DNA of 64,000 nt, from the NCBI GenBank assembly GCA_045590015.1, contig JAZNQE010000025.1:57970-121969 (forward strand). The letters are read 5' to 3'. Below, in pieces: positions 1 to 10,155 of the stretch (positions are counted from its first letter, which is position 1; each line of letters starts with the position of its first letter). Below the pieces are notes generated by a model. It was not told where the DNA came from and ran no database searches. It saw nothing but the letters and a program-made list of their open reading frames with translations. The position numbers were made by a program, and so were the translations under genes. This stretch comes from Candidatus Onthomorpha sp. GTDB lineage: Bacteria; Bacteroidota; Bacteroidia; Bacteroidales; P3.

Positions 1-360
1 GAAGGCTTGGAAGCAGAACTTGAATACGTATTCAAAGCCTTTGCAACTACTGCAAGCGGAACCACAGAAGGTGAAGAATTAACATTCACTACATTGGCAG
101 GATTAAGCGATGCGACAGCTGTAAGCATCATTGCGAACGTTTATCCAAACCCTGCAGACGACAAAGCAACGATAAGCGTAAGCAACGTAGCGAATGGAAC
201 GAAGATAGTGGTAAGCGACATGCAAGGACGCATAATCTTGAGCGATGATATGAGCGAAAGCACATACGAACTCAACACAAGCAACTACGCAAGTGGCGTT
301 TACTACATCAGAATCATCAGCGGAAACGCAGTAAACACACAAAAATTGATTGTAAAGTAA
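1..360 (+). CDS. T9SS cargo protein, C-terminal fragment (gene starts upstream of window)
   Basis: The frame is open from nt 1. The tail VYPNPADDKATISV...GVYYIRIISGNAVNTQKLIVK is a typical type-A Por/T9SS C-terminal sorting domain. A hairpin terminator follows. Confidence 0.8.
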   Translation, partial: EGLEAELEYVFKAFATTASGTTEGEELTFTTLAGLSDATAVSIIANVYPNPADDKATISVSNVANGTKIVVSDMQGRIILSDDMSESTYELNTSNYASGVYYIRIISGNAVNTQKLIVK

Positions 361-385
361 GAACACACAATCGATAACACTCAAA

Positions 386-416
386 GGGAGAAGCCATTCG
401 GCTTCTCCCTTTTTTG
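386..416 (+). terminator. rho-independent terminator
   Basis: GGGAGAAGCC-attc-GGCTTCTCCC followed by TTTTTT. Confidence 0.85.
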
Positions 417-519
417 TTTCTTGAAATCCCGAAAATAACTCTTTATTTCATTTTTCTGAAATCAAGTTTCGCTCGAACGAAATCAAGAAACAATTTACTG
501 AAATAAAGAATTATTTTTG
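413..519. repeat. 21-bp repeat family, locus 1 (2 forward + 3 reverse units, near-palindromic)
   Basis: TTGTTTCTTGAAATC ... CTGAAATCAAG ... GAAATCAAGAAACAA ... CTGAAATAAAGAATT. Confidence 0.7.
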
Positions 520-663
520 CCTATTCAAGATACTGTAAATCAAAAGCGTATTTTGCGGGTTTTAATCACTGAATTGCTATGAGGAAACAAAACTTAGAAA
601 ACTGCTTTCGTCGTTTACTTTTGCTTTAATCCTAAAAATATTTATTTTTTCCTTTATAATTCT

Positions 664-695
664 TTTGAATAATTAAAATATTGTTCATATATTTG
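664..695 (+). promoter_or_regulatory. Bacteroidota sigma-A type promoter (-33 TTTG / -7 TAtaTTTG)
   Basis: TTTG at 664-667, a 20-nt spacer, and TATATTTG at 688-695. About 170 nt upstream of the 867 start. Confidence 0.55.
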
Positions 696-866
696 CAAAG
701 TCGAAATCTCTCAAACGCTATGAACACACATTCTATTCAAATACTCGGAAAGAATAATTTGAGCCTGTAAGGCTGTTTGCTTTCTATTCCCTTGTGCGAA
801 CAGCAGAAAAATAAATCCAAACAAGGATTGTAGATAATAACTTTTTTAACCAAACAAGTGATAACA

Positions 867-2249
867 ATGAAAAAGAAAATTTTTACACGGTTTTATATGC
901 TTGCAATGTTGATACTATTTGCCACTTCTTCGTTGCAGGCACAGATTTGGACAAATAGTCAAAGTTTGATGATGAATACAGATGTTGTTGTAGATTTACA
1001 GGCACAAAAAGTGCAGGAATATGGAGATAAATATTTAATTACTATCAGCAAAAAAACTGATTCATCTAATTATTGTTTTTCTTCTTGGATAAATGGAAGC
1101 AACGTTGTACATAACTCTTTTTTGAATACAAGTGATATTACGATTAATGATTTTACTATTTTAGGAGATTCTTTGTATTTTTGTGGAAACAGAAAGGTGT
1201 CTCAGAACTTAACCTTAGGAATATTGGGTAGGTTTAATATAAATGACTTTTTGGATGATGGTAATTTTGGTTATAATTTTGCATATCTTGCAGATACAGA
1301 GAATTTAACTAAATTAGTCGCATATTATACACAAGGAGATACAGTTTGTCTTATGGCTATAGGACATGATACAATTAGTGATACTACAATAGGAAGAATA
1401 ACTCTGTTGAAATTCGAAACATCTAGTACAAATCCTGATTATGAGATAATTAAGTGCCCATTTGTTTCTTATACACAGAAAGAAGTAATGCACGATATTA
1501 GTTTGGTGGATAATGAAATTATAACTCTTAGTCATATTCACCCCACAAATATGTATGTATTAAGATATTTTAAAAGAGAATCTTCATTTGATAACACATA
1601 CAACGTTTATTATACGTTCCCTAATTTACAGTTTAATGTGTCTTCTGATGTCTATGAGTTCCCTCTTCATTTTACGAATATATCGGATTTAAAAAATGCT
1701 GTATGTGTTTCCATAATAAAAAACCAAGAATATTTTACCATGGTGAATATCTTAAAGAATAGTTCTGACTATGTTTTTTCCACCCAGCTCGTTCTGCATA
1801 AAGAAAAATTAAATAAAGCATTGGAAATGGATTATTCTGTTGATAATAAAGAGATTTTGCTTTTGAATAATAATTACTCAGGGCAACAAATGTACCAACC
1901 AATGGTGCATTTAGATCCAGAATCTGTGACAAATTACTATGCCATAGAAGAGATCTTTGATAAACCGAATCAATTAAATCATTTTTTTATAATCCCTAAT
2001 GGTAAATATGCCGTTGCAGGAGTTAGACCTCTATCTCAAACTTCCGGAGAACAATTGCTTTCTGTAAAAGACATCAATCCTCTGGAAAACGATTGTGTTA
2101 GTATGTTTGATAAAGAAATAGATGTAATTCATGTTCCAGATGGCAATTGGAATAATATATCTCTGTTGTATTTACAATATGGGGGAGCTTGGAATTCGGG
2201 GGGAGCATTTGATTCTTCTGAGCCTATTAATGTTTATTGTGTTGATTAA
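867..2249 (+). CDS. hypothetical secreted protein (signal peptide, no recognisable domain, no T9SS CTD)
   Basis: Start moved to Met4 of ORF 858..2249, giving the signal peptide MKKKIFTRFYMLAMLILFATSSLQAQ. Lies 21 nt upstream of the next cargo gene. Confidence 0.6.
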   Translation: MKKKIFTRFYMLAMLILFATSSLQAQIWTNSQSLMMNTDVVVDLQAQKVQEYGDKYLITISKKTDSSNYCFSSWINGSNVVHNSFLNTSDITINDFTILGDSLYFCGNRKVSQNLTLGILGRFNINDFLDDGNFGYNFAYLADTENLTKLVAYYTQGDTVCLMAIGHDTISDTTIGRITLLKFETSSTNPDYEIIKCPFVSYTQKEVMHDISLVDNEIITLSHIHPTNMYVLRYFKRESSFDNTYNVYYTFPNLQFNVSSDVYEFPLHFTNISDLKNAVCVSIIKNQEYFTMVNILKNSSDYVFSTQLVLHKEKLNKALEMDYSVDNKEILLLNNNYSGQQMYQPMVHLDPESVTNYYAIEEIFDKPNQLNHFFIIPNGKYAVAGVRPLSQTSGEQLLSVKDINPLENDCVSMFDKEIDVIHVPDGNWNNISLLYLQYGGAWNSGGAFDSSEPINVYCVD

Positions 2250-2270
2250 TTTTTTAAATTCCTTTAACGT

Positions 2271-3470
2271 ATGAAAAATAAAGTATTAAATAAAGTTTTG
2301 ATTCTTGGAATCTTTGTATTTATATCTGTTTTTACGAAAGCACAATTAGATACGGCGTATATACAAAGTGTATATAGTAATCAGTATATTTATCCTTATC
2401 TGATGGATACAAATTACACAAGTATCAGAACATTAGCTTGTGAGCAGGCAGAGCCTATATCTTCACCGTTCGGTTTGTCAATACATAGTACAGTTAGTAA
2501 TCAACATCTTCTAACGGGCTTTGCACAGCGTTATGAAGTAACAGATAGCGTAGATATAATGGGGGTGGCATTGATGGTTCAAGGTTCAGTCGGATTAAAT
2601 AGTTGGCCGTCTCTTCTTATAATACAGGTTAGTGTATGGGATAGCACAATGACAAGCATGATATATTCACAACAATATATAGATGGGGGAATGGTAAATA
2701 ATTATCAACGACCAGCAACAACTTCTTATCCTTTTATAGAGTTTATTTTTGATGATACTTTGACCTTATACGAAGATTATCATATAGCATTTAGTTATCC
2801 TAAAAGATGTGAAGAATTTATGACATCAGTCCCTTTGTTTATGACTCTAAGTGATTATGCACTTCAAGTAGTTGACCCATATTCGGATTATTGTACTCCA
2901 TATGGGATTTGTACAAAATACAAACCGTATGTAATGTTTGGATGTGAGGGAGAAAGAAGTTGGTTACATGTTGATAGTGTTACTTATCAAGGTTCACAAA
3001 ACTATCACAAGATTGCAAGATATCAAAATTATCAAGAGAATTTAATATATCCGGATCTTCCTGTTTGTGATTCTGTTGTTTACAAAGCGATTGGCATTTG
3101 TCCTATCAAGGCTTTGGAAAACTCAATTATAACAGATAACGATTCGACATCAACAGGTGGTGGCTCAACAGGCACAGGTGATGATACGACTTCAACGGGT
3201 GACGGTTCGCAAGATAGTTATATAGCAACGGTGTTGGCAGATAAGGACATAGAACTTTATCCGAATCCTGCCGATGAAGTTTTGAATATACGTTCTGACT
3301 ATAACATAACGGAGATTGAGGTTATCGATGCGATGAATCGTTTGATCGAGCATTGGGAACTTAACTCGAGAGAATTGACTCTTGATGTCGCAAGCTATAA
3401 ATCGGGAACATATTTCATCATAATCAAAACAGACAAAGGCTCATTAACGAAGAAATTCATCGTAAGATAG
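2271..3470 (+). CDS. hypothetical T9SS cargo protein with C-terminal sorting domain
   Basis: Signal peptide, a Thr/Gly/Ser/Asp linker (TDNDSTSTGGGSTGTGDDTTSTGDGS), then the CTD LYPNPADEVLNIRS...GTYFIIIKTDKGSLTKKFIVR. A terminator follows. Confidence 0.75.
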   Translation: MKNKVLNKVLILGIFVFISVFTKAQLDTAYIQSVYSNQYIYPYLMDTNYTSIRTLACEQAEPISSPFGLSIHSTVSNQHLLTGFAQRYEVTDSVDIMGVALMVQGSVGLNSWPSLLIIQVSVWDSTMTSMIYSQQYIDGGMVNNYQRPATTSYPFIEFIFDDTLTLYEDYHIAFSYPKRCEEFMTSVPLFMTLSDYALQVVDPYSDYCTPYGICTKYKPYVMFGCEGERSWLHVDSVTYQGSQNYHKIARYQNYQENLIYPDLPVCDSVVYKAIGICPIKALENSIITDNDSTSTGGGSTGTGDDTTSTGDGSQDSYIATVLADKDIELYPNPADEVLNIRSDYNITEIEVIDAMNRLIEHWELNSRELTLDVASYKSGTYFIIIKTDKGSLTKKFIVR

Positions 3471-3495
3471 AACCAAAACAAAGATAAAAAGAAAA

Positions 3496-3524
3496 GGAGA
3501 TGCAAAACAGCGTCTCCTTTTTTA
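3496..3524 (+). terminator. rho-independent terminator
   Basis: GGAGATGC-aaaaca-GCGTCTCC followed by TTTTTT. Confidence 0.8.
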
Positions 3525-3540
3525 GTTTCAAAAAGTTCGT

Positions 3541-3622
3541 AAAACGAATCTTTGTTTGAGCAAATTCTTTCTTTGTTTTATTTTCCTGAAATCAAGAAAC
3601 AGAAAATTGTTTCTTTGATTAG
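3541..3622. repeat. 21-bp repeat family, locus 2
   Basis: CGAATCTTTGTTTGAG, AATTCTTTCTTTGTTTTA, CTGAAATCAAGAAACAG, AATTGTTTCTTTGATTAG. Confidence 0.7.
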
Positions 3623-3652
3623 AGTCTTGGTAATCAGTTTAAGCATTTGTTG

Positions 3653-3705
3653 ATTACGAATAGAGGATTTGTTCGTCATTCATATTTTCTATCCTTATTC
3701 GTAAT
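3653..3705. repeat. long inverted repeat carrying the same ATTACGAA half-site
   Basis: ATTACGAATAGAGGAT ... ATCCTTATTCGTAAT: 15 of 16 bp pair, with a 22-nt loop. Immediately follows repeat locus 2. Confidence 0.7.
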
Positions 3706-3880
3706 TTAATCATGGTTCATGGTTTTATTACAATGTGATGATTTAACTTCGGTCGCTTTTTACGAACCGGGGTTTTGCGATATGATAAAAAGGATATGAA
3801 TGCTTGATTGATTTTCTGCTGAATGAAGTTATTAAGAATTGAATATTGTTTTAATTGGTGGGGCTACATGTTTAATGAAA

Positions 3881-3913
3881 CAAAAAAGACGAGGCAGTCA
3901 ACCACCTCGTCTT
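3881..3913 (-). terminator. rho-independent terminator of the por operon
   Basis: AGACGAGG/CCTCGTCT stem, with a T6 run on the minus strand 20 nt after the porN stop. Confidence 0.8.
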
Positions 3914-3933
3914 TATATTTATTTGTATGATTA

Positions 3934-4800
3934 TTAGTATTCCCACATATCTTCTTCCATATTGAACAATAGTTCTTTTATTCTCTCGGATTCTGCCAAA
4001 GCGTCAGCTCCTTGAAGGTAGTCGTTTATGGAACGATTGAATGTGTTTGTCGCTCTTATTATGTAGCTGTCGAAGATTCTTTTCTGGAATACATCATCAT
4101 AAGAACGTCTTGCCTTATCGTTTTGAGGATTATAAACTTCTGAATTCGCAAGCAACAATCTCACTTCCGGATCGTTGTATCTTATCCAACCCAACGCCAA
4201 AGTTTGAACGTCTCCTTCAGACTTTTCATAAGAAGCAACCAATGAAAATCCTATTATTCTCACATCCTCAACTGTTCTATTCTTATCAAAGAACCAATCT
4301 TCTTTTATACGAAGTTTTTCAGCACTTTCAAAGTTTGCAGGAACGAAAATTGTAGTGTCTCTTGTGATTTCCATTCCGTCAACATCGTAGTCAATCAAAG
4401 TTTCCACTCTTGTCGTACCGAACTTGTCTTTATACTCTGTCCAATTGGTTATCGGTTGAGTAAACATATCATCTTCGTATGCTGTGATACGTCCTTCGGT
4501 CAAAGCTTCATCCAATATCGTAGTAATATTCTTTCTTCCTTGATCCGGAACAAGAGGATAGTAGAAAACTTGATTCATCTTTTCTTTGAAATCAATGACT
4601 CTCCATACTCTGTATGACCAAACAACATCGTCTTCTCTCACATAAGGATATTCAAACGGTTTCTTTCCATCCGGATAAGCGTCTGAACTCTTTACATAAA
4701 ATCCATCAAGATTTTCTTCCGGTTCTTCCATAACCTGTGCGTTCAAATTAAACGTTCCGCACAAGATAATACCCAATACTAATAATCCAAGCTTTCTCAT
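3934..4800 (-). CDS. porN: T9SS ring protein PorN/GldN
   Basis: 288 aa with a signal peptide. Last gene of the conserved porP-K-L-M-N order, with GldN-like sequence as I recall it. A strong terminator lies downstream. Confidence 0.8.
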   Translation of the reverse strand: MRKLGLLVLGIILCGTFNLNAQVMEEPEENLDGFYVKSSDAYPDGKKPFEYPYVREDDVVWSYRVWRVIDFKEKMNQVFYYPLVPDQGRKNITTILDEALTEGRITAYEDDMFTQPITNWTEYKDKFGTTRVETLIDYDVDGMEITRDTTIFVPANFESAEKLRIKEDWFFDKNRTVEDVRIIGFSLVASYEKSEGDVQTLALGWIRYNDPEVRLLLANSEVYNPQNDKARRSYDDVFQKRIFDSYIIRATNTFNRSINDYLQGADALAESERIKELLFNMEEDMWEY

Positions 4801-4827
4801 ATCGCTATACTTTTTATTTTGTCTTTA

Positions 4828-6423
4828 CTATTGTATGGTGAAAATCATCTGAGGGTTGCTAACAGCCTTTTCGCCATCAGGTCCTTTTGCTCTGATATTT
4901 TCAATATACACCTTGTTTCCTCTTCTCAATTTACTCAATTTTGCTTTCATCTCTGCGTTAAACTGACTTCCTGTCGCTTGAATTGGAGCTTGAGCATCTC
5001 CTCCTGTGTTAAACGACATACTGAATGAAGTTACATTATATTTAACAGGGAAATCAAATCCTTCCATCGATACACGCAATCCTCCTTGAGTAAGAAGAGA
5101 TTCTTTAGGTATTCTTCCACCGGTGTAAGTTCCGACCATGGCAGTCGGTTTTGGTATTGCCTTACATCTGAACTCCATTGTTCCCATGTTCATAGTCTTT
5201 CCACTCATGGTAGCAGATACACTGATAGTTGCTTTACCTTGAGACTTAACCGTTGCTAAGTATTCTCCGTCTTTAACTTTCTTCAATACTATGCCGGCTC
5301 CCGTAGCTGTCACATTAACATCCTTAGAGTTTGCTCCTGGAACTGATACTGAAATAGGGTTATCAACACCAATATAAAGAACGTTCATCTTGGTTGGAGA
5401 GATTGTTGCAGATGGTGCAGCAACAAAGTATTCCAATTCGAAATCATAAGGAACAGGGCCACTATCCTTTTTAACGAACAATGTTCCATTAAACTTTTGA
5501 TTTCCTAAAGCTCCTGCAGGGAATTTCAACTTCAACATACCGGAATCTCCAACATATTCTTGTCCGCGTACTTGTCCTGTCAATTCACTTCTTGAATCGT
5601 ATGCAGCAACAAACACTTCAGCCTCATATTGTCCTCCTTGTATTATATAAGTTGATTTTGGAACAACTTTCGCCACAACAGTATTGAACTTAAAGTCATC
5701 TGCCGATACAGCTGAGTATAAGTGATTAATCAAATCGACTTCCGCATTTTGAATTTCAGATTTGAACTTGTTCAAAAGCACCATATCTGCAAGTGTAATC
5801 GTATGGAAGAAGTTGTACATCTGCCAATTTAGTTCGTCTCCTGCAGCATTACGGAATGGTCCTTTGAAATCAATTTGCATCTTTTTCAAAGTTTCCTTGA
5901 ATGAACCGGTTGCATATTCCAACATTTCCTTTTGGTACGTTTCAATCTTCTTTCTCAATTCTATTGCCTTGCCTTTTGAACCGTCTTCACTTCCTGCCAA
6001 GAAATAGTTCGTCGGAGCAGAATATTCGTCTTTCTTAACTACTGCATCAAATCCCTTTTCATCCAATAGTTTCTTCGCTTCAGCCACTCCTCCTGGAGTT
6101 CCTTCGACTACAACAAACAATTCATATTTCATATTGTCGATATATTCAACAATGGCCTTAGTCTTCTTGCGAACTTCTTGTGCCTTTGCCCAATTATCGC
6201 CAACCTTTCCAGGATCTTGCTTATAAGAATTTTCAAAAATAGTATATGCACTTTCTGCCTTTCCCATCAGCAGTTTATTTGTTACTTCCATGCTGTCACC
6301 GACCGTAACGAATGCCTGTAATATCTCGGCTGACACGTTCAACGCCAACATCGCCGTGTAAACCAAGTACATCATTGAGATCATTCGCTGCCTCGGCGTT
6401 TCGGGACAATTCGTAGCACCCAT
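4828..6423 (-). CDS. porM: T9SS motor/periplasmic shaft protein PorM/GldM
   Basis: The N-terminus PRQRMISMMYLVYTAMLALNVS matches the conserved GldM anchor motif (RQKMINLMYLVF-AMLALN). 531 aa. Confidence 0.9.
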   Translation of the reverse strand: MGATNCPETPRQRMISMMYLVYTAMLALNVSAEILQAFVTVGDSMEVTNKLLMGKAESAYTIFENSYKQDPGKVGDNWAKAQEVRKKTKAIVEYIDNMKYELFVVVEGTPGGVAEAKKLLDEKGFDAVVKKDEYSAPTNYFLAGSEDGSKGKAIELRKKIETYQKEMLEYATGSFKETLKKMQIDFKGPFRNAAGDELNWQMYNFFHTITLADMVLLNKFKSEIQNAEVDLINHLYSAVSADDFKFNTVVAKVVPKSTYIIQGGQYEAEVFVAAYDSRSELTGQVRGQEYVGDSGMLKLKFPAGALGNQKFNGTLFVKKDSGPVPYDFELEYFVAAPSATISPTKMNVLYIGVDNPISVSVPGANSKDVNVTATGAGIVLKKVKDGEYLATVKSQGKATISVSATMSGKTMNMGTMEFRCKAIPKPTAMVGTYTGGRIPKESLLTQGGLRVSMEGFDFPVKYNVTSFSMSFNTGGDAQAPIQATGSQFNAEMKAKLSKLRRGNKVYIENIRAKGPDGEKAVSNPQMIFTIQ

Positions 6424-6456
6424 AATCTATATTCTTTGTTATTTAACTTGTTTTAC

Positions 6457-7428
6457 TTATGCCTTTGTTTGCATTGCTGCAAGCATGTTACCATAAATAT
6501 CGTTCAATGCACCAACTTTCTTAGACAAAGCATTAACTTGCTCTTTGTACTTCAATACGTTCTCTGCTGTATCTGCAAAATTTACAACCAAGTTGTCTAT
6601 TCTTTCTTGAACAACTTTACTTGCTTCCAATTGAGAAGAAGAATTTTGAATTTGCATTTCATACAAAGCATTTATTGAAGAAAGGCTTGATGCCATCTTT
6701 TTCAATTCATCCAAATAAGACGCATCTCCTGCTGACAAAGTATTGGCAGTTTCTTTGTAAATGTTAGCCAATGTAGATACAGCTGAAGTTGCTTCTTGTA
6801 CAGAAGAAAGATATTCACCTGAAACCAACAAATCTTTGTTCAAGTTATCTGCAGTTTTCTTGTATGCTTCAGATAACTCCCCTGCTGCAGATGCGGCATT
6901 ACTCAAGTTTTGGTTAAATCTTTCTGAAGAAACAGCTGCTCCCGCAACATCATTCAATTGATTAGTTGTATCAGCTAAATTCTTCAATCCCTTACCCAAA
7001 CTTTCAATTAACTCAGGTCCGATCTTCGCATCAGCCAACATCTTATCTAAATCTTGAGTACCAGAGTATCCACCGCCAACAACAACTCCACCTGGGACAC
7101 CAACAACTCCTGCTTCTACTTCTGCTTCTTTCTTTTTAGACTTTTTATCTTTCTTTTCTTTCTTTTCCTCTGCGTGAATATCATCCATTCCTGCTAATTC
7201 AGGGAATACCAAACTCCAATCGTAAGTTACGTGCAAAGGTTCAAATGCCGACACAAAGAAAATAACAGCCTCAATACCCATACCAATAATCAACATGATT
7301 GTACCGCCAGGCCAGTGGTTAATCTTAAACAACGCACCAACGATAACGACTGATGCACCTATACCGTACAATTTAGCTGATACTTCTTTGTAAAGTTTAC
7401 TTCTGACAAAATTATCTACCCAACCCAT
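6457..7428 (-). CDS. porL: T9SS motor protein PorL/GldL
   Basis: The N-terminus KLYGIGASVVIVGALFKINHWPGG...IEAVIFFVSAFEP matches the conserved GldL two-TM region. Contains a Lys/Glu-rich and Gly/Val-rich low-complexity insert. Confidence 0.9.
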   Translation of the reverse strand: MGWVDNFVRSKLYKEVSAKLYGIGASVVIVGALFKINHWPGGTIMLIIGMGIEAVIFFVSAFEPLHVTYDWSLVFPELAGMDDIHAEEKKEKKDKKSKKKEAEVEAGVVGVPGGVVVGGGYSGTQDLDKMLADAKIGPELIESLGKGLKNLADTTNQLNDVAGAAVSSERFNQNLSNAASAAGELSEAYKKTADNLNKDLLVSGEYLSSVQEATSAVSTLANIYKETANTLSAGDASYLDELKKMASSLSSINALYEMQIQNSSSQLEASKVVQERIDNLVVNFADTAENVLKYKEQVNALSKKVGALNDIYGNMLAAMQTKA

Positions 7429-7472
7429 AATTTAATAGTTTTTAATTTGTTTATTTAATATTGTTAATTATC

Positions 7473-8846
7473 TTAATTGTTTCTATATACATTTGAAGAT
7501 GTTTTAGGGTTATCTCCTCTTACTCTTCCTAAGTATGATTGAACGCAACGGAATCCGATATAACTCTTTCCTGAATCTTGATACTCATAAGAACGAGTTG
7601 CTGTTTGGATAAAGAATTTTTGATCTTTCCATGAACCACCTCTCACCGTTTTTCTCTTCATTTGAGGTGCATCATCTTCTGTAGCATTGTATATATTTAC
7701 TTGGTTCAAATCGTGTGCAAAGTTATAAGCAGCTTCGTTATAAGCATCTTCACACCACTCTGCAACATTTCCTGCCATATCATACAATCCGAATCCGTTA
7801 GGTGCATAGTGTGCCACCAAGATAGGAGTTACACCACCATCATCACCATAATTTCCTCTCAAAGGTTTATAGTTTGCAATGAAACAGCCATTTCCGTTTC
7901 TTACATACGGACCTCCCCATGGATAAGGTGCTCCATCAACACCACCTCTTGCTGCATACTCCCACTCTGCTTCGGTTGGCAAACGGAAATCTTCCATTCT
8001 CGCATATTCTTGCTTTGATAAATAATCATTCATCATTATAGTTCTCCATACAGAGAATGCCTTAGCTTGACGATAAGAAACGCCAACAACAGGATAGTTA
8101 TCATAACGAGGATGACTGAAATAAGAACGAGTGGCAGCATCGTTATAGGAATAAGCATAGTCATGCATCCAACACAAGGTGTCAGGATATACGTTTATTA
8201 CTTCTTTTCTAAAGAATTTATCTCTGTTTTTCAATGTTCCGGGTCTTGAAGCGAAAGAAGAGCCTCTATATTCTTCTTGAGCTTGTGAGCCATAATCTTT
8301 TTTACTTGCTGCTCTAAGGTCGATCCAATAATATTCGAAATTCAACTTTCTTGCATCTATCTGCATATTGTTATAGAATCTCTCATCAACCGGCACAAAC
8401 AATTCTGACAAAGCTTCTCTTTCATCAGCATTCTTCATACTCCAATCTATCTTTTCTTTCCAATTGATCAAAGGTGTTTCCAAGTCTTCTCCCCATTGAT
8501 CTGCTTCAATAAGATATCTCTCAGGATCATTCTCTCCTAACAATCTGTATGCTATTGAATCTCTTACCCAATCAACAAATTGTCTGTATTCATTATTTGT
8601 AATCTCTGTTTCATCCATCCAAAACGATTGAACTTGCACCGTTTTTGGCTGATGCTCATACAATTTATACAAATCCTCATCAGCAGCACCCATTAAAAAA
8701 CTACCTTGCGGTATATCAACCATTCCATATGGTTGCATATCCAAAAAATCAGGTCTGTCTTGAACACCAATCAGCTCACCCTTGTCTGAGCTTCCACAAC
8801 TTATTGCAAGCAATGCAACTGAAATTAACAAAACTATACGTCTCAT
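7473..8846 (-). CDS. porK: T9SS lipoprotein PorK/GldK (FGE/SUMF1-type fold)
   Basis: Lipobox LLAISCGS, a formylglycine-generating-enzyme-like domain (WEYAARGG, RGGSWKD), and its position in the operon. Confidence 0.9.
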   Translation of the reverse strand: MRRIVLLISVALLAISCGSSDKGELIGVQDRPDFLDMQPYGMVDIPQGSFLMGAADEDLYKLYEHQPKTVQVQSFWMDETEITNNEYRQFVDWVRDSIAYRLLGENDPERYLIEADQWGEDLETPLINWKEKIDWSMKNADEREALSELFVPVDERFYNNMQIDARKLNFEYYWIDLRAASKKDYGSQAQEEYRGSSFASRPGTLKNRDKFFRKEVINVYPDTLCWMHDYAYSYNDAATRSYFSHPRYDNYPVVGVSYRQAKAFSVWRTIMMNDYLSKQEYARMEDFRLPTEAEWEYAARGGVDGAPYPWGGPYVRNGNGCFIANYKPLRGNYGDDGGVTPILVAHYAPNGFGLYDMAGNVAEWCEDAYNEAAYNFAHDLNQVNIYNATEDDAPQMKRKTVRGGSWKDQKFFIQTATRSYEYQDSGKSYIGFRCVQSYLGRVRGDNPKTSSNVYRNN

Positions 8847-8922
8847 AAAACCAATTTATTTTTCAAATTCTAATGTTACTTTATTTCGTTTACGCAATTC
8901 TTTGAAAGAATGTTTCAAATCC

Positions 8923-9984
8923 CTACATCCTTCTGGTGTTTCTATAAATTGTCGGAGGTTTTGGAGGATTCTCTATCTTAAAACAGAATCTTGCGAACAA
9001 TTCAAGCGATCCCATTGACTGAGTAGATATTCTTGAAGTAGGAATATCATAAGAAAAACCGAGTTTAAAGTCACCCAATGCAACGCCACCTAATAAGATT
9101 ATCGCATCTTGTACTCTATACGTTACTCCTCCCCAGAACTTATGTTCCCATTCAAGTATCGCAGAAGCATCCAACTGATATGCCGATTTAGATAAAAAAT
9201 CTGTCTTCAATAAAGCCGATGGTAATACTCTCAAAGAAGGATACGATGGAACAGTCCATTCATAACCTGCCAGAACATAGTAAAATCGTCTGTTATCCCA
9301 TTTCAACTTTTCGCTTTCTGCCTGCATCAACTTAGAGGAAGAAATACCTATATAAAGTTGTCCAGGAATCTGATAATAAATACCTGCACCTAAATCAAAC
9401 AAAAAGTCCTCCTGATTTGTAGGATCTGACAATACAGGATCATGAGAAGTTCCTATTTGATCATCTTCTGTATACTGATCAGCTCCGACCAATCTTGACA
9501 TATCCAATGAAGAACTAAATAGTTGGGCTTCAACTCCTATCGCAAGATTTCCTCGAGGAAATTGTATCCTGAATGCGTAATCAAATTTTGCATGCAAATT
9601 ATTCCAAAAACCAATCTTATCAGAAATAATTGTAGCCCCAATTCCACCATGCAAAAAACGCACTGGCATATCGAATGACAGATTCATCGTTTCTCCTCCT
9701 GAAGCCCCTGTATTTTGCCCCATAGCATCAGTGAATGTTATTCCCATCCATTGACTACGATAAAAACCTGTAAAACAAATAGCTCCATTACTTCCAGCAT
9801 AGCCAGGATTGTACGATAATCTGTTAAACATATATTGAGAGAACTGTGGTTCCTGCTGTGCCATAGTTTTTTCGCACAAAGACAAAACCAAACCTAGCGA
9901 TATTACAACAAATAATACGCCGCATTTTAAATTGACTCTCAATATATTACTCAGTTTGTACATAAATTGTACCAATATACTCAT
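8923..9984 (-). CDS. porP: T9SS membrane protein PorP/SprF family
   Basis: Hallmark motif QQEPQFSQYMFNRLSYNPGYAG after the signal region, with a beta-barrel-like remainder. First gene of the por operon. The true start could be an internal Met. Confidence 0.85.
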   Translation of the reverse strand: MSILVQFMYKLSNILRVNLKCGVLFVVISLGLVLSLCEKTMAQQEPQFSQYMFNRLSYNPGYAGSNGAICFTGFYRSQWMGITFTDAMGQNTGASGGETMNLSFDMPVRFLHGGIGATIISDKIGFWNNLHAKFDYAFRIQFPRGNLAIGVEAQLFSSSLDMSRLVGADQYTEDDQIGTSHDPVLSDPTNQEDFLFDLGAGIYYQIPGQLYIGISSSKLMQAESEKLKWDNRRFYYVLAGYEWTVPSYPSLRVLPSALLKTDFLSKSAYQLDASAILEWEHKFWGGVTYRVQDAIILLGGVALGDFKLGFSYDIPTSRISTQSMGSLELFARFCFKIENPPKPPTIYRNTRRM

Positions 9985-10047
9985 AACCTATTTTTTTTCT
10001 CTACAACCTGCAACTCAAGTATCTGCACAATGCACGAAGTAGCACTG

Positions 10048-10055
10048 CAAAGGTA
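10048..10055 (-). promoter_or_regulatory. -7 box TAccTTTG upstream of porP
   Basis: CAAAGGTA on the plus strand, 64 nt upstream of the porP ORF start. Confidence 0.45.
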
Positions 10056-10155
10056 ACTAAATTCTTTTTAAGAACGAAAACTTATCTCATTTTTTTATTC
10101 TTATTTCGTTTTTCAAAAACTTTAAGGACTGAAACTCAAACAATTATTATTTATA

